Below, one piece after another: positions 41,894 to 55,000 of a DNA stretch of 64,000 nt (the stretch's first letter is position 1; the number at the start of each line of letters is the position of its first letter). Location of the stretch: NCBI RefSeq assembly GCF_009914755.1, contig NC_060927.1. One strand, given 5' to 3'. The stretch comes from the human T2T-CHM13v2.0 reference genome, Homo sapiens. The notes beneath the pieces were generated by a model, which was not told where the DNA came from, searched no databases, and worked only from the letters and a program-made list of their open reading frames with translations. The translations under genes and the position numbers were made by a program.

Positions 41894-44800
41894 TTGAAGG
41901 TACACATCACAAAGAAGTTTCTGAGAATTCTTCTGTCTAGTTGTAAATGCAGAAATCACGTTTCAAACGAAGGCCACAAAGAGGTCCAAATATCCAGCTG
42001 CAGATTCTGCAAAAAGAGGGTTTCAAATCTGCTCCATCAAGAGGAATGTTCAACTCTGTGCGTTGAATGCAAATATCACAAATAATTTTCTGACAATACT
42101 TCTGTCTAGCTTTTATGTGAAGATATTTCCTTTCCTATTGTAGGCCTCAAAACGCTCTAAATATACACTTGCAAATTCCACAAAAAGAGTGTTTCCAAAC
42201 TGCTCTATCAAAAAAAGTTTAAACTCTGTCAGCTTAATGCAAGCATCACAAAACAGCTTCGGAGAATGAATCTGCCTAGTTTTTCTGTGAAGATATTCCT
42301 TTTTCTGCCATAGACCTCAAACCGCTGTAAAAATCCACTTGGAAATTCTACAAAAAGATTATTTCAAAACTCTTCTATCGAAAGGAAATCTCAACTCCAT
42401 GAGTTAAATGCAGATATCACAAATAATTTTCTGAGGATTCTTCTTTCAAGTTTTATATGAAGAAATCCCGTTTCCAAAGATGGCCTCAGAAAAGTCCCAA
42501 TATACACTTGCAGATTCTACAAAAAGCGTTTTTCAAAACTGCTCTACCAAAAGGAAGGTTAAACTCTGTGAGTTGAAGGCACACATCACAAAGTAGTTTC
42601 TGAGAATCATTCTGTCTAGTTTTTCTATGAAGATATTGCCTTTTCCACCATAGGCCTCAAACGGCGCTAAATATCCACTTGGAAATTCTACAAAAAGAGA
42701 GTTACTAAACTGCTCTATCGAAAGGAAGCTTCAACGCTGCGAGTTGAAAGCACACATCACGAAGAAGTTTATGAGAATTCTTCTGTCTACTTTTGTATGA
42801 AGCAGTCACGTTTCAAACGAAGGCCACAAAGAGGACCAAATATCCACTTGGAGATTCAACAAAAAGAGTTTTTCAAAAGTGCTCCTTCAAGAGGAATATT
42901 CAACTTGAGAGTTGAAGGCAGGTATCACAAAGTAGTTCCCGACAATGCTTCTGTCTAGATTTTATGTGAAGACATTCCCTTTTGTACCACATGCCTGAAA
43001 GCCCTCTATATATAGAATTGCAAATTCCACAAAATATTGTTGAAAACCGCTCTATCCAAAGAAAGGTTAAAATCTGTCAGCTGAATGCGCACATCACAGA
43101 GCAGCTTCAGAGAACAGTTATGTCTAGTTTTTCTGTGAAGATAGTTTCTCTTCTACATAGGCCTGTAACCGCTCTAAATATTCACTTGGAAATTCTACAA
43201 AAAGAATATTTCAACACTCTTCTATCAAAAGGAAGGTGGAACTCTGAGAGTTAAACGCACACATCACAGAGAAGTTTCTGAGAATTCTTCTGTCAAGGTT
43301 TATATGAAGAAAGCCCGTTTCCAATGAAGGCCTCAAAAAAGTCCAAATATTTACTTGCCGATTCCACAGAAAGAGTGTTTCATAACTGGTCTATCAAAAG
43401 AAAGGTTAAACTCAGTGAGTTGAACCCACACATCACAAAGTAGCTTCTGAGAATCATTCTGTCTAGTTCTCCTACGAAGATATTGCCTTTTCTACCATAG
43501 GCCTCAAACGGCGCTAAATATCCACCTGGAAATTCTACCAAAACTGAGTTTCAAAAGTGCTCTATTGAAAGGAAGCTTCACCTCTGTGGGTTGAAGGTAC
43601 ACATCACAAAGAAGTTTCTGAGAATTCTTCTGTCTAGTTGTAAATGCAGAAATCACGTTTCAAACGAAGGCCACAAAGAGGTCCAAATATCCAGCTGCAG
43701 ATTCTGCAAAAAGAGGGTTTCAAATCTGCTCCATCAAGAGGAATGTTCAACTCTGTGCGTTGAATGCAAATATCACAAATAAGTTTCTGACAATACTTCT
43801 GTCTAGTTTTTATGTGAAGATATTTCCTTTCCTACTGTAGGCCTCAAAACGCTCTAAATATACACTTGCAAATTCCACAAAAAGAGTGTTTCCAAACTGC
43901 TCTATCAAAGGAAGTTTAAACTCTGTCAGCTTAATGCAAGCATCACAAAACAGCTTCGGAGAATGAATCTGCCTAGTTTTTCTGTGAAGATATTTCTTTT
44001 TCTGCCATAGACCTCAAACCGCTGTAAAAATCCACTTGGAAATTCTACAAAAAGAGTATTTCAAAACTCTTCTATCGAAAGGAAGTCTCAACTCCATGAG
44101 TTAAATGCACATATCACAAATAATTTTCTGAGGATTCTTCTTTCAAGTTTTATATGAAGAAATCCCGTTTCCAAAGATGGCCTCAGAAAAGTCCCAATAT
44201 ACACTTGCAGATTCTACAAAAAGAGTTTTTCAAAACTGCTCTACCAAGAGGAAGGTTAAACACTGTGAGTTGAAGGCACACATCACAAAGTAGTTTCTGA
44301 GAATCATTCTGTCTAGTTTTTCTATGAAGATATTGCCTTTTCCACCATAGGCCTCAAACGGCGCTAAATATCCACTTGGAAATTCTACAAAAAGAGAGTT
44401 ACTAAACTGCTCTATCGAAAGGAAGCTTCAACGCTGCGAGTTGAAAGCACACATCACCAAGAAGTTTATGAGAATTCTTCTGTCTACTTTTGTATGAAGC
44501 AGTCACGTTTGAAACGAAGGCCACAAAGAGGACCAAATATCCACTTGGAGATTCAACAAAAAGTGTTTTTCAAAACTGCTCCTTCAAGAGGAATATTCAA
44601 CTCTGAGAGTTGAAGCCATGTATCACAAAGTAGTTACCGACAATGCTTCTGTCTAGATTTTATGTGAAGACATTCCCTTTTGTACCACAGGCCTGAAAGC
44701 ACTCTAAATATAGAATTGCAAATTCCACAAAAAGAGTGTTGAAAACCGCTCTATCCAAAGAAAGGTTAAACTCTGTCAGCTGAATGCGCACATCACAGAG

Positions 44801-47800
44801 CAGCTTCAGAGAACAGTTATGTCTAGTTTTTCTGTGAAGATAGTTTCTCTTCTACATAGGCCTGAAACCGCTCTAAATATTCACTTGGAAATTCTACAAA
44901 AAGAATATTTCAACACTCTTCTATCAAAAGGAAGGTTGAACTCTGAGAGTTAAACGCACACATCACAGAGAAGTTTCTGAGAATTCTTCTGTCAAGGTTT
45001 ATATGAAGAAACCCCGTTTCCAATGAAGGCCTCAAAAAAGTCCAAATATTTACTTGCCGATTCCACAGAAAGAGTGTTTCATAACTGGTCTATCAAAAGA
45101 AAGGTTAAACTCAGTGAGTTGAACCCACACATCACAAAGTAGCTTCTGAGAATCATTCTGTCTAGTTCTCCTACGAAGATATTGCCTTTTCTACCATAGG
45201 CCTCAAACGGCGCTAAATATCCACCTGGAAATTCTACCAAAACTGAGTTTCAAAAGTGCTCTATTGAAAGGAAGCTTCACCTCTGTGGGTTGAAGGTACA
45301 CATCACAAAGAAGTTTCTGAGAATTCTTCTGTCTAGTTGTAAATGCAGAAATCACGTTTCAAACGAAGGCCACAAAGAGGTCCAAATATCCAGCTGCAGA
45401 TTCTGCAAAAAGAGGGTTTCAAATCTGCTCCATCAAGAGGAATGTTCAACTCTGTGCGTTGAATGCAAATATCACAAATAATTTTCTGACAATACTTCTG
45501 TCTAGCTTTTATGTGAAGATATTTCCTTTCCTACTGTAGGCCTCAAAACGCTCTAAATATACACTTGCAAATTCCACAAAAAGAGTGTTTCCAAACTGCT
45601 CTATCAAAGGAAGTTTAAACTCTGTCAGCTTAATGCAAGCATCACAAAACAGCTTCGGAGAATGAATCTGCCTAGTTTTTCTGTGAAGATATTTCTTTTT
45701 CTGCCATAGACCTCAAACCGCTGTAAAAATCCACTTGGAAATTCTACAAAAAGAGTATTTCAAAACTCTTCTATCGAAAGGAAGTCTCAACTCCATGAGT
45801 TAAATGCACATATCACAAATAATTTTCTGAGGATTCTTCTTTCAAGTTTTATATGAAGAAATCCCGTTTCCAAAGATGGCCTCAGAAAAGTCCCAATATA
45901 CACTTGCAGATTCTACAAAAAGAGTTTTTCAAAACTGCTCTACCAAGAGGAAGGTTAAACACTGTGAGTTGAAGGCACACATCACAAAGTAGTTTCTGAG
46001 AATCATTCTGTCTAGTTTTTCTATGAAGATATTGCCTTTTCCACCATAGGCCTCAAACGGCGCTAAATATCCACTTGGAAATTCTACAAAAAGAGAGTTA
46101 CTAAACTGCTCTATCGAAAGGAAGCTTCAACGCTGCGAGTTGAAAGCACACATCACCAAGAAGTTTATGAGAATTCTTCTGTCTACTTTTGTATGAAGCA
46201 GTCACGTTTCAAACGAAGGCCACAAAGAGGACCAAATATCCACTTGGAGATTCAACAAAAAGTGTTTTTCAAAACTGCTCCTTCAAGAGGAATATTCAAC
46301 TCTGAGAGTTGAAGCCATGTATCACAAAGTAGTTACCGACAATGCTTCTGTCTAGATTTTATGTGAAGACATTCCCTTTTGTACCACAGGCCTGAAAGCA
46401 CTCTAAACATAGAATTGCAAATTCCACAAAAAGAGTGTTGAAAACCGCTCTATCCAAAGAAAGGTTAAACTCTGTCAGCTGAATGCGCACATCACAGAGC
46501 AGCTTCAGAGAACAGTTATGTCTAGTTTTTCTGTGAAGATAGTTTCTCTTCTACATAGGCCTGAAACCGCTCTAAATATTCACTTGGAAATTCTACAAAA
46601 AGAATATTTCAACACTCTTCTATCAAAAGGAAGGTTGAACTCTGAGAGTTAAACGCACACATCACAGAGAAGTTTCTGAGAATTCTTCTGTCAAGGTTTA
46701 TATGAAGAAACCCCGTTTCCAATGAAGGCCTCAAAAAAGTCCAAATATTTACTTGCCGATTCCACAGAAAGAGTGTTTCATAACTGGTCTATCAAAAGAA
46801 AGGTTAAACTCAGTGAGTTGAACCCACACATCACAAAGTAGCTTCTGAGAATCATTCTGTCTAGTTCTCCTACGAAGATATTGCCTTTTCTACCATAGGC
46901 CTCAAACGGCGCTAAATATCCACCTGGAAATTCTACCAAAACTGAGTTTCAAAAGTGCTCTATTGAAAGGAAGCTTCACCTCTGTGGGTTGAAGGTACAC
47001 ATCACAAAGAAGTTTCTGAGAATTCTTCTGTCTAGTTGTAAATGCAGAAATCACGTTTCAAACGAAGGCCACAAAGAGGTCCAAATATCCAGCTGCAGAT
47101 TCTGCAAAAAGAGGGTTTCAAATCTGCTCCATCAAGAGGAATGTTCAACTCTGTGCGTTGAATGCAAATATCACAAATAATTTTCTGACAATACTTCTGT
47201 CTAGCTTTTATGTGAAGATATTTCCTTTCCTATTGTAGGCCTCAAAACGCTCTAAATATACACTTGCAAATTCCACAAAAAGAGTGTTTCCAAACTGCTC
47301 TATCAAAAAAAGTTTAAACTCTGTCAGCTTAATGCAAGCATCACAAAACAGCTTCGGAGAATGAATCTGCCTAGTTTTTCTGTGAAGATATTCCTTTTTC
47401 TGCCATAGACCTCAAACCGCTGTAAAAATCCACTTGGAAATTCTACAAAAAGATTATTTCAAAACTCTTCTATCGAAAGGAAATCTCAACTCCATGAGTT
47501 AAATGCAGATATCACAAATAATTTTCTGAGGATTCTTCTTTCAAGTTTTATATGAAGAAATCCCGTTTCCAAAGATGGCCTCAGAAAAGTCCCAATATAC
47601 ACTTGCAGATTCTACAAAAAGCGTTTTTCAAAACTGCTCTACCAAAAGGAAGGTTAAACTCTGTGAGTTGAAGGCACACATCACAAAGTAGTTTCTGAGA
47701 ATCATTCTGTCTAGTTTTTCTATGAAGATATTGCCTTTTCCACCATAGGCCTCAAACGGCGCTAAATATCCACTTGGAAATTCTACAAAAAGAGAGTTAC

Positions 47801-50800
47801 TAAACTGCTCTATCGAAAGGAAGCTTCAACGCTGCGAGTTGAAAGCACACATCACGAAGAAGTTTATGAGAATTCTTCTGTCTACTTTTGTATGAAGCAG
47901 TCACGTTTCAAACGAAGGCCACAAAGAGGACCAAATATCCACTTGGAGATTCAACAAAAAGAGTTTTTCAAAAGTGCTCCTTCAAGAGGAATATTCAACT
48001 TGAGAGTTGAAGGCAGGTATCACAAAGTAGTTCCCGACAATGCTTCTGTCTAGATTTTATGTGAAGACATTCCCTTTTGTACCACATGCCTGAAAGCCCT
48101 CTATATATAGAATTGCAAATTCCACAAAATATTGTTGAAAACCGCTCTATCCAAAGAAAGGTTAAAATCTGTCAGCTGAATGCGCACATCACAGAGCAGC
48201 TTCAGAGAACAGTTATGTCTAGTTTTTCTGTGAAGATAGTTTCTCTTCTACATAGGCCTGTAACCGCTCTAAATATTCACTTGGAAATTCTACAAAAAGA
48301 ATATTTCAACACTCTTCTATCAAAAGGAAGGTGGAACTCTGAGAGTTAAACGCACACATCACAGAGAAGTTTCTGAGAATTCTTCTGTCAAGGTTTATAT
48401 GAAGAAAGCCCGTTTCCAATGAAGGCCTCAAAAAAGTCCAAATATTTACTTGCCGATTCCACAGAAAGAGTGTTTCATAACTGGTCTATCAAAAGAAAGG
48501 TTAAACTCAGTGAGTTGAACCCACACATCACAAAGTAGCTTCTGAGAATCATTCTGTCTAGTTCTCCTACGAAGATATTGCCTTTTCTACCATAGGCCTC
48601 AAACGGCGCTAAATATCCACCTGGAAATTCTACCAAAACTGAGTTTCAAAAGTGCTCTATTGAAAGGAAGCTTCACCTCTGTGGGTTGAAGGTACACATC
48701 ACAAAGAAGTTTCTGAGAATTCTTCTGTCTAGTTGTAAATGCAGAAATCACGTTTCAAACGAAGGCCACAAAGAGGTCCAAATATCCAGCTGCAGATTCT
48801 GCAAAAAGAGGGTTTCAAATCTGCTCCATCAAGAGGAATGTTCAACTCTGTGCGTTGAATGCAAATATCACAAATAAGTTTCTGACAATACTTCTGTCTA
48901 GTTTTTATGTGAAGATATTTCCTTTCCTACTGTAGGCCTCAAAACGCTCTAAATATACACTTGCAAATTCCACAAAAAGAGTGTTTCCAAACTGCTCTAT
49001 CAAAGGAAGTTTAAACTCTGTCAGCTTAATGCAAGCATCACAAAACAGCTTCGGAGAATGAATCTGCCTAGTTTTTCTGTGAAGATATTTCTTTTTCTGC
49101 CATAGACCTCAAACCGCTGTAAAAATCCACTTGGAAATTCTACAAAAAGAGTATTTCAAAACTCTTCTATCGAAAGGAAGTCTCAACTCCATGAGTTAAA
49201 TGCACATATCACAAATAATTTTCTGAGGATTCTTCTTTCAAGTTTTATATGAAGAAATCCCGTTTCCAAAGATGGCCTCAGAAAAGTCCCAATATACACT
49301 TGCAGATTCTACAAAAAGAGTTTTTCAAAACTGCTCTACCAAGAGGAAGGTTAAACACTGTGAGTTGAAGGCACACATCACAAAGTAGTTTCTGAGAATC
49401 ATTCTGTCTAGTTTTTCTATGAAGATATTGCCTTTTCCACCATAGGCCTCAAACGGCGCTAAATATCCACTTGGAAATTCTACAAAAAGAGAGTTACTAA
49501 ACTGCTCTATCGAAAGGAAGCTTCAACGCTGCGAGTTGAAAGCACACATCACCAAGAAGTTTATGAGAATTCTTCTGTCTACTTTTGTATGAAGCAGTCA
49601 CGTTTGAAACGAAGGCCACAAAGAGGACCAAATATCCACTTGGAGATTCAACAAAAAGTGTTTTTCAAAACTGCTCCTTCAAGAGGAATATTCAACTCTG
49701 AGAGTTGAAGCCATGTATCACAAAGTAGTTACCGACAATGCTTCTGTCTAGATTTTATGTGAAGACATTCCCTTTTGTACCACAGGCCTGAAAGCACTCT
49801 AAATATAGAATTGCAAATTCCACAAAAAGAGTGTTGAAAACCGCTCTATCCAAAGAAAGGTTAAACTCTGTCAGCTGAATGCGCACATCACAGAGCAGCT
49901 TCAGAGAACAGTTATGTCTAGTTTTTCTGTGAAGATAGTTTCTCTTCTACATAGGCCTGAAACCGCTCTAAATATTCACTTGGAAATTCTACAAAAAGAA
50001 TATTTCAACACTCTTCTATCAAAAGGAAGGTTGAACTCTGAGAGTTAAACGCACACATCACAGAGAAGTTTCTGAGAATTCTTCTGTCAAGGTTTATATG
50101 AAGAAACCCCGTTTCCAATGAAGGCCTCAAAAAAGTCCAAATATTTACTTGCCGATTCCACAGAAAGAGTGTTTCATAACTGGTCTATCAAAAGAAAGGT
50201 TAAACTCAGTGAGTTGAACCCACACATCACAAAGTAGCTTCTGAGAATCATTCTGTCTAGTTCTCCTACGAAGATATTGCCTTTTCTACCATAGGCCTCA
50301 AACGGCGCTAAATATCCACCTGGAAATTCTACCAAAACTGAGTTTCAAAAGTGCTCTATTGAAAGGAAGCTTCACCTCTGTGGGTTGAAGGTACACATCA
50401 CAAAGAAGTTTCTGAGAATTCTTCTGTCTAGTTGTAAATGCAGAAATCACGTTTCAAACGAAGGCCACAAAGAGGTCCAAATATCCAGCTGCAGATTCTG
50501 CAAAAAGAGGGTTTCAAATCTGCTCCATCAAGAGGAATGTTCAACTCTGTGCGTTGAATGCAAATATCACAAATAATTTTCTGACAATACTTCTGTCTAG
50601 CTTTTATGTGAAGATATTTCCTTTCCTACTGTAGGCCTCAAAACGCTCTAAATATACACTTGCAAATTCCACAAAAAGAGTGTTTCCAAACTGCTCTATC
50701 AAAGGAAGTTTAAACTCTGTCAGCTTAATGCAAGCATCACAAAACAGCTTCGGAGAATGAATCTGCCTAGTTTTTCTGTGAAGATATTTCTTTTTCTGCC

Positions 50801-52040
50801 ATAGACCTCAAACCGCTGTAAAAATCCACTTGGAAATTCTACAAAAAGAGTATTTCAAAACTCTTCTATCGAAAGGAAGTCTCAACTCCATGAGTTAAAT
50901 GCACATATCACAAATAATTTTCTGAGGATTCTTCTTTCAAGTTTTATATGAAGAAATCCCGTTTCCAAAGATGGCCTCAGAAAAGTCCCAATATACACTT
51001 GCAGATTCTACAAAAAGAGTTTTTCAAAACTGCTCTACCAAGAGGAAGGTTAAACACTGTGAGTTGAAGGCACACATCACAAAGTAGTTTCTGAGAATCA
51101 TTCTGTCTAGTTTTTCTATGAAGATATTGCCTTTTCCACCATAGGCCTCAAACGGCGCTAAATATCCACTTGGAAATTCTACAAAAAGAGAGTTACTAAA
51201 CTGCTCTATCGAAAGGAAGCTTCAACGCTGCGAGTTGAAAGCACACATCACCAAGAAGTTTATGAGAATTCTTCTGTCTACTTTTGTATGAAGCAGTCAC
51301 GTTTCAAACGAAGGCCACAAAGAGAACCAAATATCCACTTGGAGATTCAACAAAAAGTGTTTTTCAAAACTGCTCCTTCAAGAGGAATATTCAACTCTGA
51401 GAGTTGAAGCCATGTATCACAAAGTAGTTACCGACAATGCTTCTGTCTAGATTTTATGTGAAGACATTCCCTTTTGTACCACAGGCCTGAAAGCACTCTA
51501 AATATAGAATTGCAAATTCCACAAAAAGAGTGTTGAAAACCGCTCTATCCAAAGAAAGGTTAAACTCTGTCAGCTGAATGCGCACATCACAGAGCAGCTT
51601 CAGAGAACAGTTATGTCTAGTTTTTCTGTGAAGATAGTTTCTCTTCTACATAGGCCTGAAACCGCTCTAAATATTCACTTGGAAATTCTACAAAAAGAAT
51701 ATTTCAACACTCTTCTATCAAAAGGAAGGTTGAACTCTGAGAGTTAAACGCACACATCACAGAGAAGTTTCTGAGAATTCTTCTGTCAAGGTTTATATGA
51801 AGAAACCCCGTTTCCAATGAAGGCCTCAAAAAAGTCCAAATATTTACTTGCCGATTCCACAGAAAGAGTGTTTCATAACTGGTCTATCAAAAGAAAGGTT
51901 AAACTCAGTGAGTTGAACCCACACATCACAAAGTAGCTTCTGAGAATCATTCTGTCTAGTTCTCCTACGAAGATATTGCCTTTTCTACCATAGGCCTCAA
52001 ACGGCGCTAAATATCCACCTGGAAATTCTACCAAAACTGA
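41894..52040 (-). repeat. Tandem duplication of a 3-HOR unit (5095 bp)
   Basis: Private variants recur at +5095: cctattgtagg 42138/47233, 1-bp deletion caacttgaga 42901/47996, cgtttgaaacg 44511/49606, aaagattattt ~42359/~47454. Confidence 0.9.
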
Positions 52041-55000
52041 GCTTCAAAAGTGCTCTATTGAAAGGAAGCTTCACCTCTGTGAGTTGAAGGTACACATCAC
52101 AAAGAAGTTTCTGAGAATTCTTCTGTCTAGTTGTAAATGCAGAAATCACGTTTCAAACGAAGGCCACAAAGAGGTCCAAATATCCAGCTGCAGATTCTGC
52201 AAAAAGAGGGTTTGAAAACTGCTCCATCAAGAGGAATGTTCAACTCTGTGCGTTGAATGCAAATATCACAAATAAGTTTCTGACAATACTTCTGTCTAGT
52301 TTTTATGTGAAGATATTTCCTTTCCTACTGTAGGCCTCAAAACGCTCTAAATATACACTTGCAAATTCCACAATAAGAGTGTTTCCAAACTGCTCTATCA
52401 AAGGAAGTTTAAACTCTGTCAGCTTAATGCAAGCATCACAAAACAGCTTCGGAGAATGAATCTGCCTAGTTTTTCTGTGAAGATATTTCTTTTTCTGCCA
52501 TAGACTTCAAACCGCTGTAAAAATCCACTTGGAAATTCTACAAAAAGAGTATTTCAAAACTCTTCTATCGAAAGGAAGTCTCAACTCCATGAGTTAAATG
52601 CACATATCACAAATAATTTTCTGAGGATTCTTCTTTCAAGTTTTATATGAAGAAATCCCGTTTCCAAAGATGGCCTCAGAAAAGTCCCAATATACACTTG
52701 CAGATTCTACAAAAAGCGTTTTTGAAAACTGCTCTACCAAAAGGAAGGTTAAACTCTGTGAGTTGAAGGCACACATCACAAAGTAGTTTCTGAGAATCAT
52801 TCTGTCTAGTTTTTCTATGAAGATATTGCCTTTTTCATCATAGGCCTCAAGCGGCGCTAAATATCCACTTGGAAATTCTACAAAAAGAGAGTTACTAAAC
52901 TGCTCTATCGAAAGGAACCTTCAACGCTGCGAGTTGAAAGCACACATCACGAAGAAGTTTATGAGAATTCTTCTGTCTACTTTTGTATGAAGCAGTCACG
53001 TTTCAAACGAAGGCCACAAAGAGGTCCAAATATCCACTTGGAGATACAACAAAAAGAGTTTTTCAAAACTGCTCCGTCAAGAGGAATATTCAACTCTGCG
53101 AGTTGAAGGCTGGTATCACAAAGTAGTTCCCGACAATGCTTCTGTCTAGATTTTATGTGAAGACATTCCCTTTTGTACCACAGGCCTGAAAACACTCTAA
53201 ATAAAAAATTGCAAATTCCACAAAAAGAGTGTTGAAGACCGCTCTATCCAAAGAAAGGTTAAACTCTGTCAGCTGAATGCGCACATCACAGAGCAGCTTC
53301 AGAGAACAGTTATGTCTAGTTTTTCTGTGAAGATAGTTTCTCTTCTACATAGGCCTGAAACCGCTCTAAATATTCACTTGGAAATTCTACAAAAAGAATA
53401 TTTCAACACTCTTCTATCAAAAGGAAGGTTGAACTCTGAGAGTTAAACGCACACATCACAGAGAAGTTTCTGAGAATTCTTCTGTCAAGGTTTATATGAA
53501 GAAAACCCGTTTCCAATGAAGGCCTCAAAAAAGTCCAAATATTTACTTGCCGATTCCACAGAAAGAGTGTTTCATAACTGGTCTATCAAAAGAAAGGTTA
53601 AATTCAGTGAGTTGAACCCACACATCACAAAGTAGCTTCTGAGAATCATTCTGTCTAGTTCTCCTACGAAGATATTGCCTTTTCTACCATAGGCCTCAAA
53701 CGGCGAAAAATATCCACCTGGAACTTCTACCAAAACTGAGTTTCAAAAGTGCTCTATTGAAAGGAAGCTTCACCTCTGTGAGTTGAAGGTACACATCACC
53801 AAGAAGTTTCTGAGAATTCTTCTGTCTAGTTGTAAATGAAGAAATCACGTTTCAAACGAAGGCCACAAAGAGGTCCAAATATCCACCTGCAGATTCTGCA
53901 AAAAGAGGGTTTGAAAACTGCTCCATCAAGAGGAATGTTCAACTCTGTGCGTTGAATGCAAATATCACAAATAAGTTTCTGACAATACTTCTGTCTAGTT
54001 TTAATGTGAAGATATTTCCTTTCCTACTGTAGGCCTCAAAACGCTCTAAATATACACTTGCAAATTCCACAAAAAGAGTGTTTCCAAACTGCTCTATCAA
54101 AGGAAGTTTAATCTCTGTCAGCTTAATACAAGCATCACAAAACAGCTTCGGAGAATGAATCTGCCTAGTTTTTCTGTGAAGATATTTCTTTTTCTGCCAT
54201 AGACCTCAAACCGCTGTAAAAATCCACTTGGAAATTCTACAAAAAGAGTATTTCAAAACTCTTCTATCGAAAGGAAGTCTCAACTCCATGAGTTAAATGC
54301 ACATATCACAAATAATTTTCTGAGGATTCTTCTTTCAAGTTTTATATGAAGAAATCCCGTTTCCAAAGATGGCCTCAGAAAAGTCCCAATATACACTTGC
54401 AGATTCTACAAAAAGAGTTTTTCAAAACTGCTCTACCAAAAGGTAGGTTAAACACTGTGAGTTGAAGGCACACATCACAAAGTAGTTTCTGAGAATCATT
54501 CTGTCTAGTTTTTCTATGAAGATATTGCCTTTTCCACCATAGGCCTCAGACAGCGCTAAATATCCACTTGGAAATTCTACAAAAAGAGAGTTACTAAACT
54601 GCTCTATCGAAAGGAAGCTTCAACGCTGCGAGTTGAAAGCACACATCACGAAGAAGTTTATGAGAATTCTTCTGTCTACTTTTGTATGAAGCAGTCACGT
54701 TTCAAACGAAGGCCACAACGAGGTCCAAATATCCACTTGGAGATTCAACAAAAAGAGTTTTTCAAAACTGCTCCGTCAAGAGGACTATTCAACTCTGAGA
54801 GTTGAAGGCTGGTATCACAAAGTAGTTCCCGACAATGCTTCTGTCTAGATTTTATGCGAAGACATTCCCTTTTGTACCACAGGCCTGAAAGCACTCTAAA
54901 TATAGAATTGCAAATTCCACAAAAAGAGTGTTGAAAACCGCTCTATCCAAAGAAAGGTTAAACTCTGTCAGCTGAATGCACACATCACAGAGCAGCTTCA

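Larger units (their letters stand above)
13016..52040 (-). repeat. Young, highly homogeneous core of 23 HORs; haplotype order Y X Z Y X Y X Y Y Y Y Y Y Y X Y Y X Y Y X Y Y
   Basis: Core markers are ctgtgggttg and gaggaccaa. X carries cacatgcc/aaagccctctatata/caaaatattgttg/gtggaactc (units at 14715, 19811, 23208, 36798, 41894, 46989). Y carries gaagccatgt/agttaccg/aaaagtgttt/accaagagg. Z is the unit at 16413. Confidence 0.85.

Noticed and set aside
15804-48349. Repeated 90-aa ORF (MYHMPESPLY...)
   Set aside because: It is opened by the 1-bp deletion and SNPs of HOR haplotype X. It is useful as a haplotype marker but is not a gene.
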